Source of the DNA: a bacterium
Lineage (GTDB): Bacteria > Actinomycetota > CALGFH01
Assembly (NCBI GenBank): GCA_046727955.1
Contig: JBKPDO010000166.1
Span: forward strand, 1,440-65,439
Direction of reading: 5' to 3'
DNA length: 64,000 nt
Below, piece by piece: positions 49,402 to 59,356 of the stretch; within the stretch, counting starts at the first letter, position 1, and every line of letters begins with the position of its first letter. The position numbers and the translations under genes are program-made. Below the pieces are notes generated by a model that saw nothing but the letters and a program-made list of their open reading frames with translations, was not told where the DNA came from and did not search any database.

Positions 49402-50487
49402 TTGCCGTCCTGCGGTCGACGGTCCCCCCACCGCCGAGCGCATCGTCGTGCGATGCCAACGCTGCTGATCGCGACGCTCGCGCTCCCCCTGGCGATGCTC
49501 TCGCTTGCGAGGCAGGACGGCGCCCAGGCCAGCCCCGCTCGTATCGCCCAGCTCGAGTCTCAGCTCGAGAAGCTCAACCAGCAGTCGGACCAGCTCGTCG
49601 AGCAGTATCTACAGGCGAAGCTGACATTACAGCAGACCGAGCGCACGCTGAGCGCGCTCAGGCACGACGCGGACCAGGCCCAGCAGGCGTTGCGCGACGC
49701 GCAGCAGCGGCTCGGTGCGCGCGCCGCGGCCGCTTACGTCGACGGCCCAGGTAACAACCTCGCGGTTCTGCTGGGGGCCTCGGATCCCGGCGAGACCATC
49801 GACCGCGTCCAGGTCCTCGACCTGCTCGCGCGGCAGGACGGCGACCTGATGGCGACGCTGGACATCGCTGGCAAGAACTACCAGGCGCGGAAGAGCGCGC
49901 TCGAGGCGAGCGAACGCCAGCAGGCGAAGGAGGTCGCCGGGCTCGCCTCCAAGAAGGCCGAGATCGAGCACACGGTTGACCGGACCAGGCAGCTGCTCGC
50001 CCAGGTCAAGGCAGCTGACCGTGCCCGGCTGCTGGCGGCCGCCAACCACGCGTCGTCGGCCTCCGGCTCGGGCTCCGGCTCGGGCTCCGGCTCCTCGGGC
50101 GGCCAGCAGCCGTCCTTCCCGAACGTCCCCGCAAGCGGCGCGGCCGCCGAGGCGGTCGCCTTCGCCAAGGCTCAGGTGGGCAAGCCCTACCAGTTCGGCG
50201 CGTCCGGGCCCGGCGCCTACGACTGCTCCGGCCTCACCATGGCGGCCTGGGCGCAAGCGGGCGTCTCACTGCCCCACTCGGCCGCGATGCAGTACGACGT
50301 CACCCGTCACATCTCCTCGAGTGAGCTGCAGCCGGGGGACCTGATCTTCCGCTACAGCCCGATCTCGCACGTTGCCATGTATATCGGCGGTGGGCAGCAG
50401 ATCGCCGCCACCCACACCGGCGATTTCGTTCGGGTCCAGTCGGCCAGCCTGTCGGGTATCGTCGGTTACGGCCGCCCTGCCGGATAG
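49402..50487 (+). CDS. Secreted coiled-coil NlpC/P60 peptidoglycan endopeptidase (RipA-like)
   Basis: Signal peptide, coiled coil, GKPYQFG...DCSGLT, SHVAMYIG; TTG start after aggagg. Confidence 0.92.
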   Translation: MPSCGRRSPHRRAHRRAMPTLLIATLALPLAMLSLARQDGAQASPARIAQLESQLEKLNQQSDQLVEQYLQAKLTLQQTERTLSALRHDADQAQQALRDAQQRLGARAAAAYVDGPGNNLAVLLGASDPGETIDRVQVLDLLARQDGDLMATLDIAGKNYQARKSALEASERQQAKEVAGLASKKAEIEHTVDRTRQLLAQVKAADRARLLAAANHASSASGSGSGSGSGSSGGQQPSFPNVPASGAAAEAVAFAKAQVGKPYQFGASGPGAYDCSGLTMAAWAQAGVSLPHSAAMQYDVTRHISSSELQPGDLIFRYSPISHVAMYIGGGQQIAATHTGDFVRVQSASLSGIVGYGRPAG

Positions 50488-50576
50488 AGGATAGAGCCAG
50501 CAGACCTCCGTCGACACCCTCAGAGAAGCAGAGAAGCAGAGAGAAGCCCGCAGCGCCCCCCGGTATCCCCCACGCT

Positions 50577-50600
50577 GAAGGCCCGCGAGTGCGGGCCTTC
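50577..50600. terminator. Hairpin between convergent genes
   Basis: gaaggcccgc-gagt-gcgggccttc, perfect 10-bp stem. Confidence 0.7.
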
Positions 50601-50761
50601 GGTGTTCCGGGGCTGTTTGATCCTCGGTGCCGGTCAATTTGGGGGCTCTGGGCGCTCGCCTGGTCCAGTTTCTGGCACTTTGGGCGGCCGCAAAAGGGCC
50701 CACCTGCGCGGCAAAGTGCCGCGCACGCGGCAAGGTCGGGCGTGTGGACCCGCCACCTGGA

Positions 50762-52039
50762 TCAGGGGAACAGGCCGCGCATGCGGTGGGCGTCCGCGAC
50801 GCGGCCGACCCCGATGACCTGGGCGCTCTCGCGCATGCTCAAGCCCCGCTCCTGGGCGAAGGCCGACACCTCCGCGTAGGCGCGTTCCATGACCGAGCGC
50901 ATGCGCCCGTTCACGTCGTCCTCTGACCAGAAATAGGCCTGCAGGTCCTGTACCCACTCGAAATACGAGACCGTGACCCCGCCGGCGTTGGCCAGCACGT
51001 CGGGCACCACCAGGCAGCCCCGGTCGTTCAGGACCTTGTCCGCCGCCGGCGTGGTCGGCCCGTTCGCCCCCTCCACGATGATCTCCGCCTTGACCGTGTC
51101 GACGTTGTCGGAGCGGATCACGCCCCCCAGCGCCGCCGGGATCAGCACGTCCAAGTCCAGCGCCAGCAGCTCGTCGTTGGAGATGCGGTCAGCGCCGGGA
51201 AAAGTGGCGACGGTGGACGATCCCGCCATGCGCCGGTGCCGAAGGATCGCCTGAGGGTTGAGACCACGCTCGTTGAACACGCCACCCTGCACGTCGGAGA
51301 GCGCCACCACGTTGCAGCCGGCGTCGTGCAGCACCATGGCGACGCCTGAGCCGACCTTGCCGAACCCCTGGATCGCCACCCGCACGCGCGAAGGCTCGAG
51401 GCCGCGCTCGCGCAAGGCCATGAACAGGCAGTACATCACCCCGAGCGAGGTCGCGCCGGCACGGCCCTGGGAGCCGCCGATCGCCACCGGCTTGCCGGTC
51501 ACCACGCTCGGCACCGAGTAGCCCTTGTTGACCGAGTAGGTGTCCATGAACCAGGCCATGACCTGATCGTCGGTGTTGACGTCCGGTGCGGGGATGTCCT
51601 TCTCGGGTCCGATGATCGGCAACAGCTCCGCCGCGTAGCGGCGCGTGAGCCGCTCCAGCTCGCCCCGCGACAGGCTGGCCGGGTCGACCACCACGCCACC
51701 CTTGGCGCCGCCGAAGGGGATGCCGACCACCGCGCACTTCCAGGTCATCCACATCGCCAGCGCGCGGATCTCGTCGGGCGACACCGTCGGGTGGTAGCGC
51801 ATGCCGCCCTTGGCGGGCCCGCGGGTGACGTTGTGGTGGACCCGGTAGCCGGTGAACACCTCGAGCCGGCCGTCGTCGCGGCGCACCGGGACCGCCACGG
51901 TCAGCTCCCGCTTTGGGGTGGCCAGCAGGTCGCGCATGCCCTGGTCGAGTCCGAGGAAATCGGCCGCCGCCTCCAGCTGTGACAGCGCGGACTCCCAGGC
52001 GGTGGTGGTCTCGCGGAGTGATCCGGGCGCGCTGCTCAC
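50762..52039 (-). CDS. gdhA: Glu/Leu/Phe/Val dehydrogenase (glutamate dehydrogenase)
   Basis: GPAKGGMRYH, GGAKGG, PAPDVNT, QGFGKVG, EGANGP, NAGGVTVSYFEW. Confidence 0.93.
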   Translation of the reverse strand: MSSAPGSLRETTTAWESALSQLEAAADFLGLDQGMRDLLATPKRELTVAVPVRRDDGRLEVFTGYRVHHNVTRGPAKGGMRYHPTVSPDEIRALAMWMTWKCAVVGIPFGGAKGGVVVDPASLSRGELERLTRRYAAELLPIIGPEKDIPAPDVNTDDQVMAWFMDTYSVNKGYSVPSVVTGKPVAIGGSQGRAGATSLGVMYCLFMALRERGLEPSRVRVAIQGFGKVGSGVAMVLHDAGCNVVALSDVQGGVFNERGLNPQAILRHRRMAGSSTVATFPGADRISNDELLALDLDVLIPAALGGVIRSDNVDTVKAEIIVEGANGPTTPAADKVLNDRGCLVVPDVLANAGGVTVSYFEWVQDLQAYFWSEDDVNGRMRSVMERAYAEVSAFAQERGLSMRESAQVIGVGRVADAHRMRGLFP

Positions 52040-52130
52040 CTTGCCGACACCTCCTGGCCAGCCTCATTGCCGGCCGTGCGCACCGAGCCACCCTCGTTGG
52101 CGGCCGTAACGTACCGTACCCTCAGTTCTC

Positions 52131-52235
52131 GATCCGTGTGGGGGAGCTCGCTCCCCCCACACCCCCAAGAGCGCCTGTGCCGTACTCAATCGGGAGCCGA
52201 CACTGACGCCGTACTCAATCGGGAGCCGACAGTGA
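52131..52235. repeat. REP-like palindrome plus two tandem gccgtactcaatcgggagccgaca units
   Basis: Read directly; divergent gdhA/M48 intergenic region. Confidence 0.85.
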
Positions 52236-52298
52236 CCGGGCAACTGTATGCTCGGCGGAAGGGGCCATCACGCCAGGCGAATCGTATCCTTGTGCGCC

Positions 52299-53327
52299 AT
52301 GAGCAGCTATGAGGGCTCCGGTGGCAGGCCGCTCGCGCCGGCAGGGCGCGGGCTCAGCGGCACGCTGCTGGGCATGCTGGCGATCGTGGTGGTCACCTGG
52401 CTGCTCTCCCTGGTGGTCGTGGGACCGCTGGCGTACGGGCTGGGGGTTGCCCTGACCGGCGCGGGCCGCACCGCCCTGCTGCTCGGCGCCGCCTGCTGGA
52501 CGCTCAGCGCCGGGCTGCTGCTGCTGCGCCCGGTCGAGGCCCGCTTCGCGCGCATGCTGTTCAAGGTGCGCCGTCCCAGCGAGGCGGAGCTCCAGCGCAT
52601 CGACCCGGTGTGGCGGCGGGCATGCCGCCGCGGCGGGGTCAGCCAGCGCGATTACATCCTGCGGGTCGAGGACAGCCAGCTCATCAACGCTTTCGCGCTC
52701 GGCGCCCACTTCGTGGCCGTAACCCGGCGCGCCCTCGAGCTGCCCGACGAGCTGCTCGAGGCCGTGCTGGCGCACGAGCTCGGCCACCACCAGGACCTCC
52801 ACCCGCTCGCGACCACCCTGGGATGGTGGTACCTGATGCCCTTCTCGCTGCTCTCCTGGCTGCTGTGGCGGGTGCGCGCGGTCACCAGGGCGCTGCACCG
52901 AGCCTTCTCCGGCCTCAGGGGCCGCATTGGGCGCATCTCCGGCGGACGCCCGCTGGAGGGCGCGCTCGGCCTGGTAGGCGTGCTGGTGATCCTCGGTGCC
53001 CTGCTGGTCGTCGGGCTGCTGCTGCTGGTGCTGCTGTGCGCGGTGTGGCTGCCGTTGTGGCTGCTGACCGGCCTGTCGCAGCTGCTGTCGGCGGCGCTGT
53101 CGCGGGCGGCGGAGTACGCCGCCGACCGGCGGGCCACCGAGCTGGGCTACGGCGCCGGCTTGATCCAGGTGCTCGCGCTGTTCGCGGTGGACGAGCAGCG
53201 CAGACCGCGCCGCGGCAGCCTCGCCGGGAGGCTGGCCTCGCACCCGACCTGCCAGGCCCGCATCGAGTCGGTGCGGCGCGCCCAGGCCCGAGGCGCTGGC
53301 ACCGGCGCCGGTCCGGCCGCACCCTGA
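52299..53327 (+). CDS. M48 (HtpX-like) membrane zinc metalloprotease
   Basis: INAFA, LAHELGH, EYAADR, SHP motifs; several TM segments. Confidence 0.88.
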   Translation: MSSYEGSGGRPLAPAGRGLSGTLLGMLAIVVVTWLLSLVVVGPLAYGLGVALTGAGRTALLLGAACWTLSAGLLLLRPVEARFARMLFKVRRPSEAELQRIDPVWRRACRRGGVSQRDYILRVEDSQLINAFALGAHFVAVTRRALELPDELLEAVLAHELGHHQDLHPLATTLGWWYLMPFSLLSWLLWRVRAVTRALHRAFSGLRGRIGRISGGRPLEGALGLVGVLVILGALLVVGLLLLVLLCAVWLPLWLLTGLSQLLSAALSRAAEYAADRRATELGYGAGLIQVLALFAVDEQRRPRRGSLAGRLASHPTCQARIESVRRAQARGAGTGAGPAAP

Positions 53328-53374
53328 ACCCGGCGTCGCTATTCCGCGCAAACGAGGGGGAGAGAGGGGGAGAG

Positions 53375-53530
53375 ATGTTACGGCTGATCCCGTTCCTGCG
53401 GTCGCTGTACAGCTACAGTTGGGTAGTTGGGCTGCTGACCGCAATCCTCGCCCACTACGGCCTCGGCGTGCTGCTCCCGGCGCGCGGGCGCCTCGGCGAG
53501 CCCGCGGTCTCCGGCGGCGCGACGACCTGA
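53375..53530 (+). pseudogene. C-terminal remnant of an NCS1 nucleobase permease (51-codon ORF)
   Basis: LIPFLRSLYSYSWVVGLLTAILAH resembles the last NCS1 helix; sits at the head of the pyrimidine cluster. Confidence 0.6.
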
Positions 53531-53585
53531 CTGGACGACCTGACCGGACGACCTGACCGGACGACCTGACCGGACGACCTGACCT
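53521..53585. repeat. Tandem repeat 13 bp x5 (gacgacctgaccg)
   Basis: Read directly; ends 14 nt before the LLM gene. Confidence 0.95.
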
Positions 53586-53599
53586 GAGAGGGCATCGAG

Positions 53600-54610
53600 G
53601 TGCTGGAATTCGGTATTTGCTTTTCGAGCGATCCACCGCCGTCGCGGATGGTCGAGCTGGCCAAGGCAGCGGAGGAGGCCGGGTTCGAGTACGCGTGGGC
53701 GTGGGACTCGCACGTGCTGTGGCAGGACATCTACCCGATCTTCGCGCTGATGGCGCAGGCGACCTCCCGGATCCGCATGGGGCCGTGCGTGACCAACCCG
53801 GCCACGCGCGACCCCACCGTCACCGCCAGCACGCTGGCGACCCTCAACGACATCTCCGGCAACCGCATGGAGATGGGCATCGGTCGCGGCGACAGCGCCC
53901 GCCGGGTGATCGGGCAGGCGCCGGTGACGGTCGCGCGCATGGAGTGGGCCGCCAAGCTCATCAAGGACCTGGCCGAGGGCCGGCCGGTGCTCTACGACGG
54001 CGCTGAGATCCAGCTCAAATGGGCCAAGGGCACGCTGCCGGTGTGGATCGCCGCCTACGGGCCCAAGGCGCTGCGCCTCGCCGGCCGCATCGGCGACGGG
54101 GTCATCCTGCAGCTGGCCGACCCGCACGTGATCCAGTGGCTGCTGCGCTGGGTGCGCGAGGGCGCCGAGGAGGCTGGCCGCCGTTTCGAGGACATCAGGG
54201 TGATGGCGGCCGCGCCCGCCTACGTCTCCAGCGACCGGGAGCACGCTCGCGAGCAGGTGCGCTGGTTCCCGGCGCTGGTCTCCAACCACGTCGTCGACCT
54301 GGTGAGCCGGTACCCGCGCGAGGAGCTGCCCGAGGAGCTGACCGCCTACATCGCCACGCGCGACCACTACGACTACGCCGACCACGGCCGCGTCGGTGCG
54401 GAGCACGCTTCATTCGTGAGCGACGAGGTGGTAGACCGGTTCTGTGTGATCGGCACACTGGAGGACTGCGAGCGGCGCCTGCACGAGCTGGAGGCGGTCG
54501 GGGTGCACCAGTTCAACATCTACTCCATGGTGGACGACCCTGACGGCGTGATCCGGGCCTTCGACAAGGAACTGATCCCGTCCCTGACCGGCTCCCGGCC
54601 GGCTCCCTGA
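53600..54610 (+). CDS. F420-dependent LLM oxidoreductase (TIGR03842-like)
   Basis: DPPPS, WDSHVLWQ, VTNPATRD, GIGRGDSA, VWIAAYGPKAL; in the pyrimidine cluster. Confidence 0.85.
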   Translation: MLEFGICFSSDPPPSRMVELAKAAEEAGFEYAWAWDSHVLWQDIYPIFALMAQATSRIRMGPCVTNPATRDPTVTASTLATLNDISGNRMEMGIGRGDSARRVIGQAPVTVARMEWAAKLIKDLAEGRPVLYDGAEIQLKWAKGTLPVWIAAYGPKALRLAGRIGDGVILQLADPHVIQWLLRWVREGAEEAGRRFEDIRVMAAAPAYVSSDREHAREQVRWFPALVSNHVVDLVSRYPREELPEELTAYIATRDHYDYADHGRVGAEHASFVSDEVVDRFCVIGTLEDCERRLHELEAVGVHQFNIYSMVDDPDGVIRAFDKELIPSLTGSRPAP

Positions 54611-54668
54611 CGACACAAGACGGACCGCGGGGGCAAGACCCTCGCAAACCCCCAGGAGGAAGCTGCTC

Positions 54669-55514
54669 ATGGCCACGATTCGGGCGGCCATCATCCAGGC
54701 CCACGCCAACATGCCGAAGGAGCAGGCGACCGAGAAGCACGTCGGGCTGATCGCCAAGGCGGCCGCGGAGGGCGCCCAGGTCACCTGCCTGCAGGAGATC
54801 TTCAACGGCCCTTACTTCCCGGCTGAGCAGGACCCCAAGTGGTACGCGACCGCCGAGCCGGAGGACGGCCCCACCGTGACGCGCATGCGGCAGGTCGCCC
54901 GCGACCACAACATGGTGCTGGTCGTGCCCTTCTACGAGGAGGCGCAGGTCGGCGTCTACTACAACACGGCGGTGGTGATCGAGCGCGACGGCACTGTGCT
55001 CGGCAAGTACCGCAAGTCCCACATCCCACAAGTGGGGCCGTGCTTCTGGGAGAAGTACTACTTCAAGCCCGGCAACCTCGGGTACCCGGCATTCGACACC
55101 TCGATCGGCCGTATCGGGCTGATCATCTGCTACGACCGCCATTTCCCCGAGATCGCCAGGCAGCTCGGCCTGAAGGGCGTCGAGCTGGTGTTCAACCCGT
55201 CGGCCACGGTCGAGTCGCTGTCGCGCTACCTGTGGGAGCTGGAGCAGCCGGCGCACGCGGTCGCCAACGGGTTCTGGATCGCGGCCGTCAACCGGGTGGG
55301 CACGGAGGAGCCGCTGAACCCCAACAGGTTCTACGGCTCGAGCTATTTCTGTGACCCGCGCGGGCAGATCGTGGCCAGGGCTTCGGAGGACGAGGACGAG
55401 GTGCTGGTCTGCGACGTCGACCTGGACAAGGTCCGCGAGGTGCGGAACACCTGGCAGTTCCTGCGCGACCGGCGCCCCGAGACCTACGGCGAGCTGACGC
55501 AGTTGCTGCCGTGA
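54669..55514 (+). CDS. Nitrilase family carbon-nitrogen hydrolase (beta-ureidopropionase-like)
   Basis: CLQE, GKYRKSHIP, ICYDRHFPE, RDRRPETY. Confidence 0.9.
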   Translation: MATIRAAIIQAHANMPKEQATEKHVGLIAKAAAEGAQVTCLQEIFNGPYFPAEQDPKWYATAEPEDGPTVTRMRQVARDHNMVLVVPFYEEAQVGVYYNTAVVIERDGTVLGKYRKSHIPQVGPCFWEKYYFKPGNLGYPAFDTSIGRIGLIICYDRHFPEIARQLGLKGVELVFNPSATVESLSRYLWELEQPAHAVANGFWIAAVNRVGTEEPLNPNRFYGSSYFCDPRGQIVARASEDEDEVLVCDVDLDKVREVRNTWQFLRDRRPETYGELTQLLP

Positions 55515-55669
55515 TCCACGTGGGGGGAGCCCGCTCCCCCCACACCCCCCAGAGTCAAGATCGTTCCGGGGTACCGTTCCGGGGGTCACCGTGATCCACG
55601 TGGGGGGAGCCCGCTCCCCCCACACCCCCCAGAGTCAAGATCGTTCCGGGGTACCGTTTCGGGGTCACC
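55511..55669. repeat. Two 80-bp tandem units, each with the REP-like palindrome
   Basis: Units start at 55511 and 55591. Confidence 0.93.
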
Positions 55670-55688
55670 GTTGTCGATTGGAGGGCAC

Positions 55689-57068
55689 ATGCGCACGCTC
55701 ATCAGGGACGGCACGGTGGTCACCGCCACCGAGACCATGGCCGCCGACGTGCTCGTCGATGGCGAGCGGGTGGTGGCGGTCGGCAGTAGCCTCAGCGTCC
55801 CGGCCGACCGCATCATCGATGCGGCCGAGCGGCTGGTCACGCCGGGCGCGATCGACGTCCACACCCACCTGGAGATGCCGTTCGGCGGGACCTTCTCCCG
55901 CGACGACTTCGCCACCGGGACGGCGGCCGCGGCGTGGGGCGGGACCACCACCATCGTGGACTTCGCCGTGCCAGAGCAGGGCGAGTCGCTGCAGAGCGCG
56001 GCGGAGCGCTGGCACCAGAAGGCCGGGCCGAAGGCGCACGTGGACTACGGCTTCCACATGATCGTCCGCGAGGTCAACGACCGCACCCTGGCCGGCATGG
56101 ATGCCCTGGTCGACCAGGGCATCACCTCGTTCAAGCTGTTCATGGCGTACCCGGGCGTGTTCATGGTGGACGACGCCTCGCTGTTCCGTGCCATGAGCCG
56201 CTCGAGCGACAATGGCGCCCTGATCATGCTGCACGCGGAGAACGGCGGCCCGATCGACGTGCTGATCCAGCGCTATCTGGCGGAGGGCCGGACCGATCCC
56301 GTCAACCACGGCCTGACCCGGCCCGCCTCCATGGAGGGCGAGGCGACCCACCGCGCGATCGCCCTCGCGGAGCTCGCCGGGGTCGCCGTCTACATCGTCC
56401 ACCTCTCCTCGGCGGACGCGCTCAACGCGGTGCGCGAGGCACGCGACGCCGGCACCGCGGCGCTGGCGGAGACCTGCCCGCAGTACCTGTTCCTGTCGGC
56501 GGACGACCTGGCGCGCCCGGGCTTCGAGGGCGCCAAGTACGTCTGCTCCCCACCGCTGCGGCCAAAGCACCACCAGGCCGACCTGTGGAACGGCCTGCGC
56601 TCGGACGACCTGCAGCTGGTCGCCACTGACCACTGCCCGTTCGACTTCAAAGACCAGAAGCAGATGGGGCTGGGCAATTTCGCCAAGATCCCCAACGGGC
56701 TGCCCGGTATCGAGGACCGCTACACGCTGCTCTACGACGGCGGCGTGCGCTCGGGGCAGATCACCCTGAACCGCTTCGTCGAGCTGGTCGCGACCGCCCC
56801 GGCCAAGCTGTTCGGGCTGTACCCGCGCAAGGGCACGATCGCGCCCGGCTCGGACGCGGACATCGTGGTGTTCGACCCGGACACCGAGCGGGTGCTGTCC
56901 GCCTCGACGCACCACATGAACGTCGATTACTCCTGTTACGAGGGTCGCGACGTGCACGGCGTCCCCGAGGTGGTGCTGCAGCGCGGCCAGGTGCTGGTCG
57001 ACCACGGCAAGCTCCTGGCCCAGCCGGGCCAGGGCCGGTTCCTGGCCCGGAGCCGCTCCGGCCTGTAG
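55689..57068 (+). CDS. hydA: Dihydropyrimidinase
   Basis: PGAIDVHTH, SFKLFMAY, LHAENG, IVHLS, AETCPQY, ATDHCPF. Confidence 0.95.
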   Translation: MRTLIRDGTVVTATETMAADVLVDGERVVAVGSSLSVPADRIIDAAERLVTPGAIDVHTHLEMPFGGTFSRDDFATGTAAAAWGGTTTIVDFAVPEQGESLQSAAERWHQKAGPKAHVDYGFHMIVREVNDRTLAGMDALVDQGITSFKLFMAYPGVFMVDDASLFRAMSRSSDNGALIMLHAENGGPIDVLIQRYLAEGRTDPVNHGLTRPASMEGEATHRAIALAELAGVAVYIVHLSSADALNAVREARDAGTAALAETCPQYLFLSADDLARPGFEGAKYVCSPPLRPKHHQADLWNGLRSDDLQLVATDHCPFDFKDQKQMGLGNFAKIPNGLPGIEDRYTLLYDGGVRSGQITLNRFVELVATAPAKLFGLYPRKGTIAPGSDADIVVFDPDTERVLSASTHHMNVDYSCYEGRDVHGVPEVVLQRGQVLVDHGKLLAQPGQGRFLARSRSGL

Positions 57069-57087
57069 GCCGGCGCGGGAGCCGGCA

Positions 57088-57540
57088 ATGGTCGCGGACC
57101 ACGGGACGAGCACGGTCGTCCGTGCCGCCGGGGGGATCATCTGGCGCCGTGGCGCGCCAGAAGGGCCGGGAGGTCCTCTCGAGCTGGCGCTCGTACACCG
57201 CTCGGTTTACGACGACTGGACGTTCCCGAAGGGAAAGCTCAACGAAGGGGAGACCGAGATCCAGGCGGCCCTGCGCGAGGCCTGGGAGGAGACCGGACTG
57301 CGCTGCAAGGCCGGTGACTACCTGGGCCGGGTGCGCTACCGGGACCGGCGTGGGCGCCTGAAGACGGTCGCGTACTGGGAGATGCGAGCCTGGGGAGGTC
57401 GCTTCCTCTCCAACGCCGAGGTCGACGAGCTGCGCTGGCTCAAACCCGACGCGGCCCTCCAGCTGCTGAGCTACCGCCAGGACCGGCGCCTGCTCCGCGC
57501 TCTCCTCAAGGGCGACCGCCCCCGTCACTGGAGCCTGTGA
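57088..57540 (+). CDS. NUDIX hydrolase (MutT1-like)
   Basis: DDWTFPKGKL...AALREAWEETG Nudix box. Confidence 0.9.
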   Translation: MVADHGTSTVVRAAGGIIWRRGAPEGPGGPLELALVHRSVYDDWTFPKGKLNEGETEIQAALREAWEETGLRCKAGDYLGRVRYRDRRGRLKTVAYWEMRAWGGRFLSNAEVDELRWLKPDAALQLLSYRQDRRLLRALLKGDRPRHWSL

Positions 57541-57592
57541 GGGCCACCGCCTTCGAAGCATCCTCGTGCGCCGAGGCCGAGGTGGCTGGTGG

Positions 57593-59131
57593 TCAGGCCT
57601 CAGGGGCGGCGCCGCCCGCGCCGCCGGGGGCGGCCTGGACCTGGGGAATCCGGCGCATCAGCGGGGCGTCCATGGGGCAGTGGGTGCAGGGCTCGGGCTG
57701 GGGGCTGGTGTCGTCGGCGGGGTGAAGGCGGCGGATGGTGGCGAAGGCCAGCAGCCCGCCGGCGGCGACCAGCGCGGCGCAGATCCACATGGCCCTGCGG
57801 AACCCGGCGGCGAAAACGACCGTGGACAATGCCGAGGCCCCGGCGATCCCCGCGACCACCGGCAGGGTGGCGACCGCGAGCAGGCCGGCGGCCCGGGCCA
57901 CCGCGTTGTTGACCGCTGAGGCCACGCCGGCGTGCTCGGGGCTGGCCGCCGCCAGCACGGTCGCGGTGAGCGGCGCCACCGTCAGTGACAGGCCGAGCGA
58001 GAACACCAGCACGGCGGGGAATGTGCTCTGCCAATAGCCACTGCCCGGCACGATCCGCACCATCAGCGCCAGACCAGCCGCGGCGATCAGCGGTCCGAGC
58101 GTCATCGGCAGGCGCGGGCCGATCCGCTGCGCCAGCCGTCCCGCCTGCGCCGACAGCAGCAGCATGACCACCGTGACCGGCATCAGGGCGAGGCCAGAGC
58201 GCAGCGGCGACAGACCCAGCACGCGCTGGAGCTGGATCGGCAGCAGGAAGAAGGCGCCGCCGAGCGCTCCGTAGATCAGGAAGGTGACCGCGTTCGCCCC
58301 GCTGAACTGGGCCGACTGGAAGAGGTCGAGCGGCAGCATGGGGTAGCGGGTGGTGCGCTCGACCGCGATGAAGGCGAATAGTGCCAGCACGCCGCCGACC
58401 GAGGCCACGAGCACCACCGGTGAGGCCCAGCCGACCGTGGGACCGTCGGTGAGCCCGTAGGTGATGCCGGCAAGGCCGAGCGCCGCCAGCGCCGCGCCGG
58501 TCAGGTCGAGCTGGGGCGCGGCCGCCGGGTCGCGACTCTCGGGCACGTGGCGGATGGCGGCCCATAGCGCCACCGCGGTAAATGGCAGGTTGATCAGGAA
58601 GACGAGCCGCCACGACACGGCCGCGGTCAGGTAGCCGCCGAGCAGCGGGGCGAGCGCGGTGGCCACACCGCCAAGGCCGGACCAGGCGCCGATGGCCGTC
58701 GCCCGGTCGGAGGGGCGGTAGGTGGCCTCGATGATGGCCAGACTTCCCGGGGTGAGCAGCGCGCCGCCGACTCCCTGGAGCGCCCGTGAGGCCACCAGCG
58801 CTGGCGCGTTCGGGGCCAGCCCGCAGAGCAGGGAGGCGAGCGCGAACCAGATGATTCCGATGACGAAGATCCGCCGCCTGCCGTAGTGGTCGCCGAGGGA
58901 CCCGCCGAGCAGCAGCAGGCCGGCGAGCGTCAAGGTGTAGGCGTTGACGGTCCACTGCAGGGCCGTCAGCCCGGTGTGGAGGTCCCGGGCGATCGTTGGC
59001 AGCGCCACGTTGACCACGCTGGCGTCCAGGAACACCAGACCCGAGCCGAAGACGGTGGCGACCAGCACCCAGCGCCCCTGCGCCGAGCAGAAGCGAAGCT
59101 CGCCAGGGACCACTTCACGCTCTACCGTCAT
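57593..59131 (-). CDS. MFS transporter, DHA2 family
   Basis: FLDASVVNVALP, GSLGDHYGRRR, RALQGVGGAL, about 14 TM segments. Confidence 0.92.
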   Translation of the reverse strand: MTVEREVVPGELRFCSAQGRWVLVATVFGSGLVFLDASVVNVALPTIARDLHTGLTALQWTVNAYTLTLAGLLLLGGSLGDHYGRRRIFVIGIIWFALASLLCGLAPNAPALVASRALQGVGGALLTPGSLAIIEATYRPSDRATAIGAWSGLGGVATALAPLLGGYLTAAVSWRLVFLINLPFTAVALWAAIRHVPESRDPAAAPQLDLTGAALAALGLAGITYGLTDGPTVGWASPVVLVASVGGVLALFAFIAVERTTRYPMLPLDLFQSAQFSGANAVTFLIYGALGGAFFLLPIQLQRVLGLSPLRSGLALMPVTVVMLLLSAQAGRLAQRIGPRLPMTLGPLIAAAGLALMVRIVPGSGYWQSTFPAVLVFSLGLSLTVAPLTATVLAAASPEHAGVASAVNNAVARAAGLLAVATLPVVAGIAGASALSTVVFAAGFRRAMWICAALVAAGGLLAFATIRRLHPADDTSPQPEPCTHCPMDAPLMRRIPQVQAAPGGAGGAAPEA

Positions 59132-59356
59132 CGCGCTCCCCCGTTGTCGCCACCGGGTCGCCGGCTTCTGTTGCTCGAGGATAGGCCCGCCCGCAACGGC
59201 GTCTTGAGGTAGTTTCTGGCAAGCCGAGCGAGGAGGTTGGCCATGGTGCACGACCTCGACACCTGGGCCGCGACCGGCGAGCAGTGACGCCATGGACCCG
59301 GAGCGCCCGCACGATCCGCGCGGCGGCGCATAGCGGACGTTCGTTAGACTGCGGGG

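Noticed and set aside
55511-55669. Possible CRISPR repeat-spacer unit
   Set aside because: Two 80-bp units are nearly identical throughout, so there is no unique spacer
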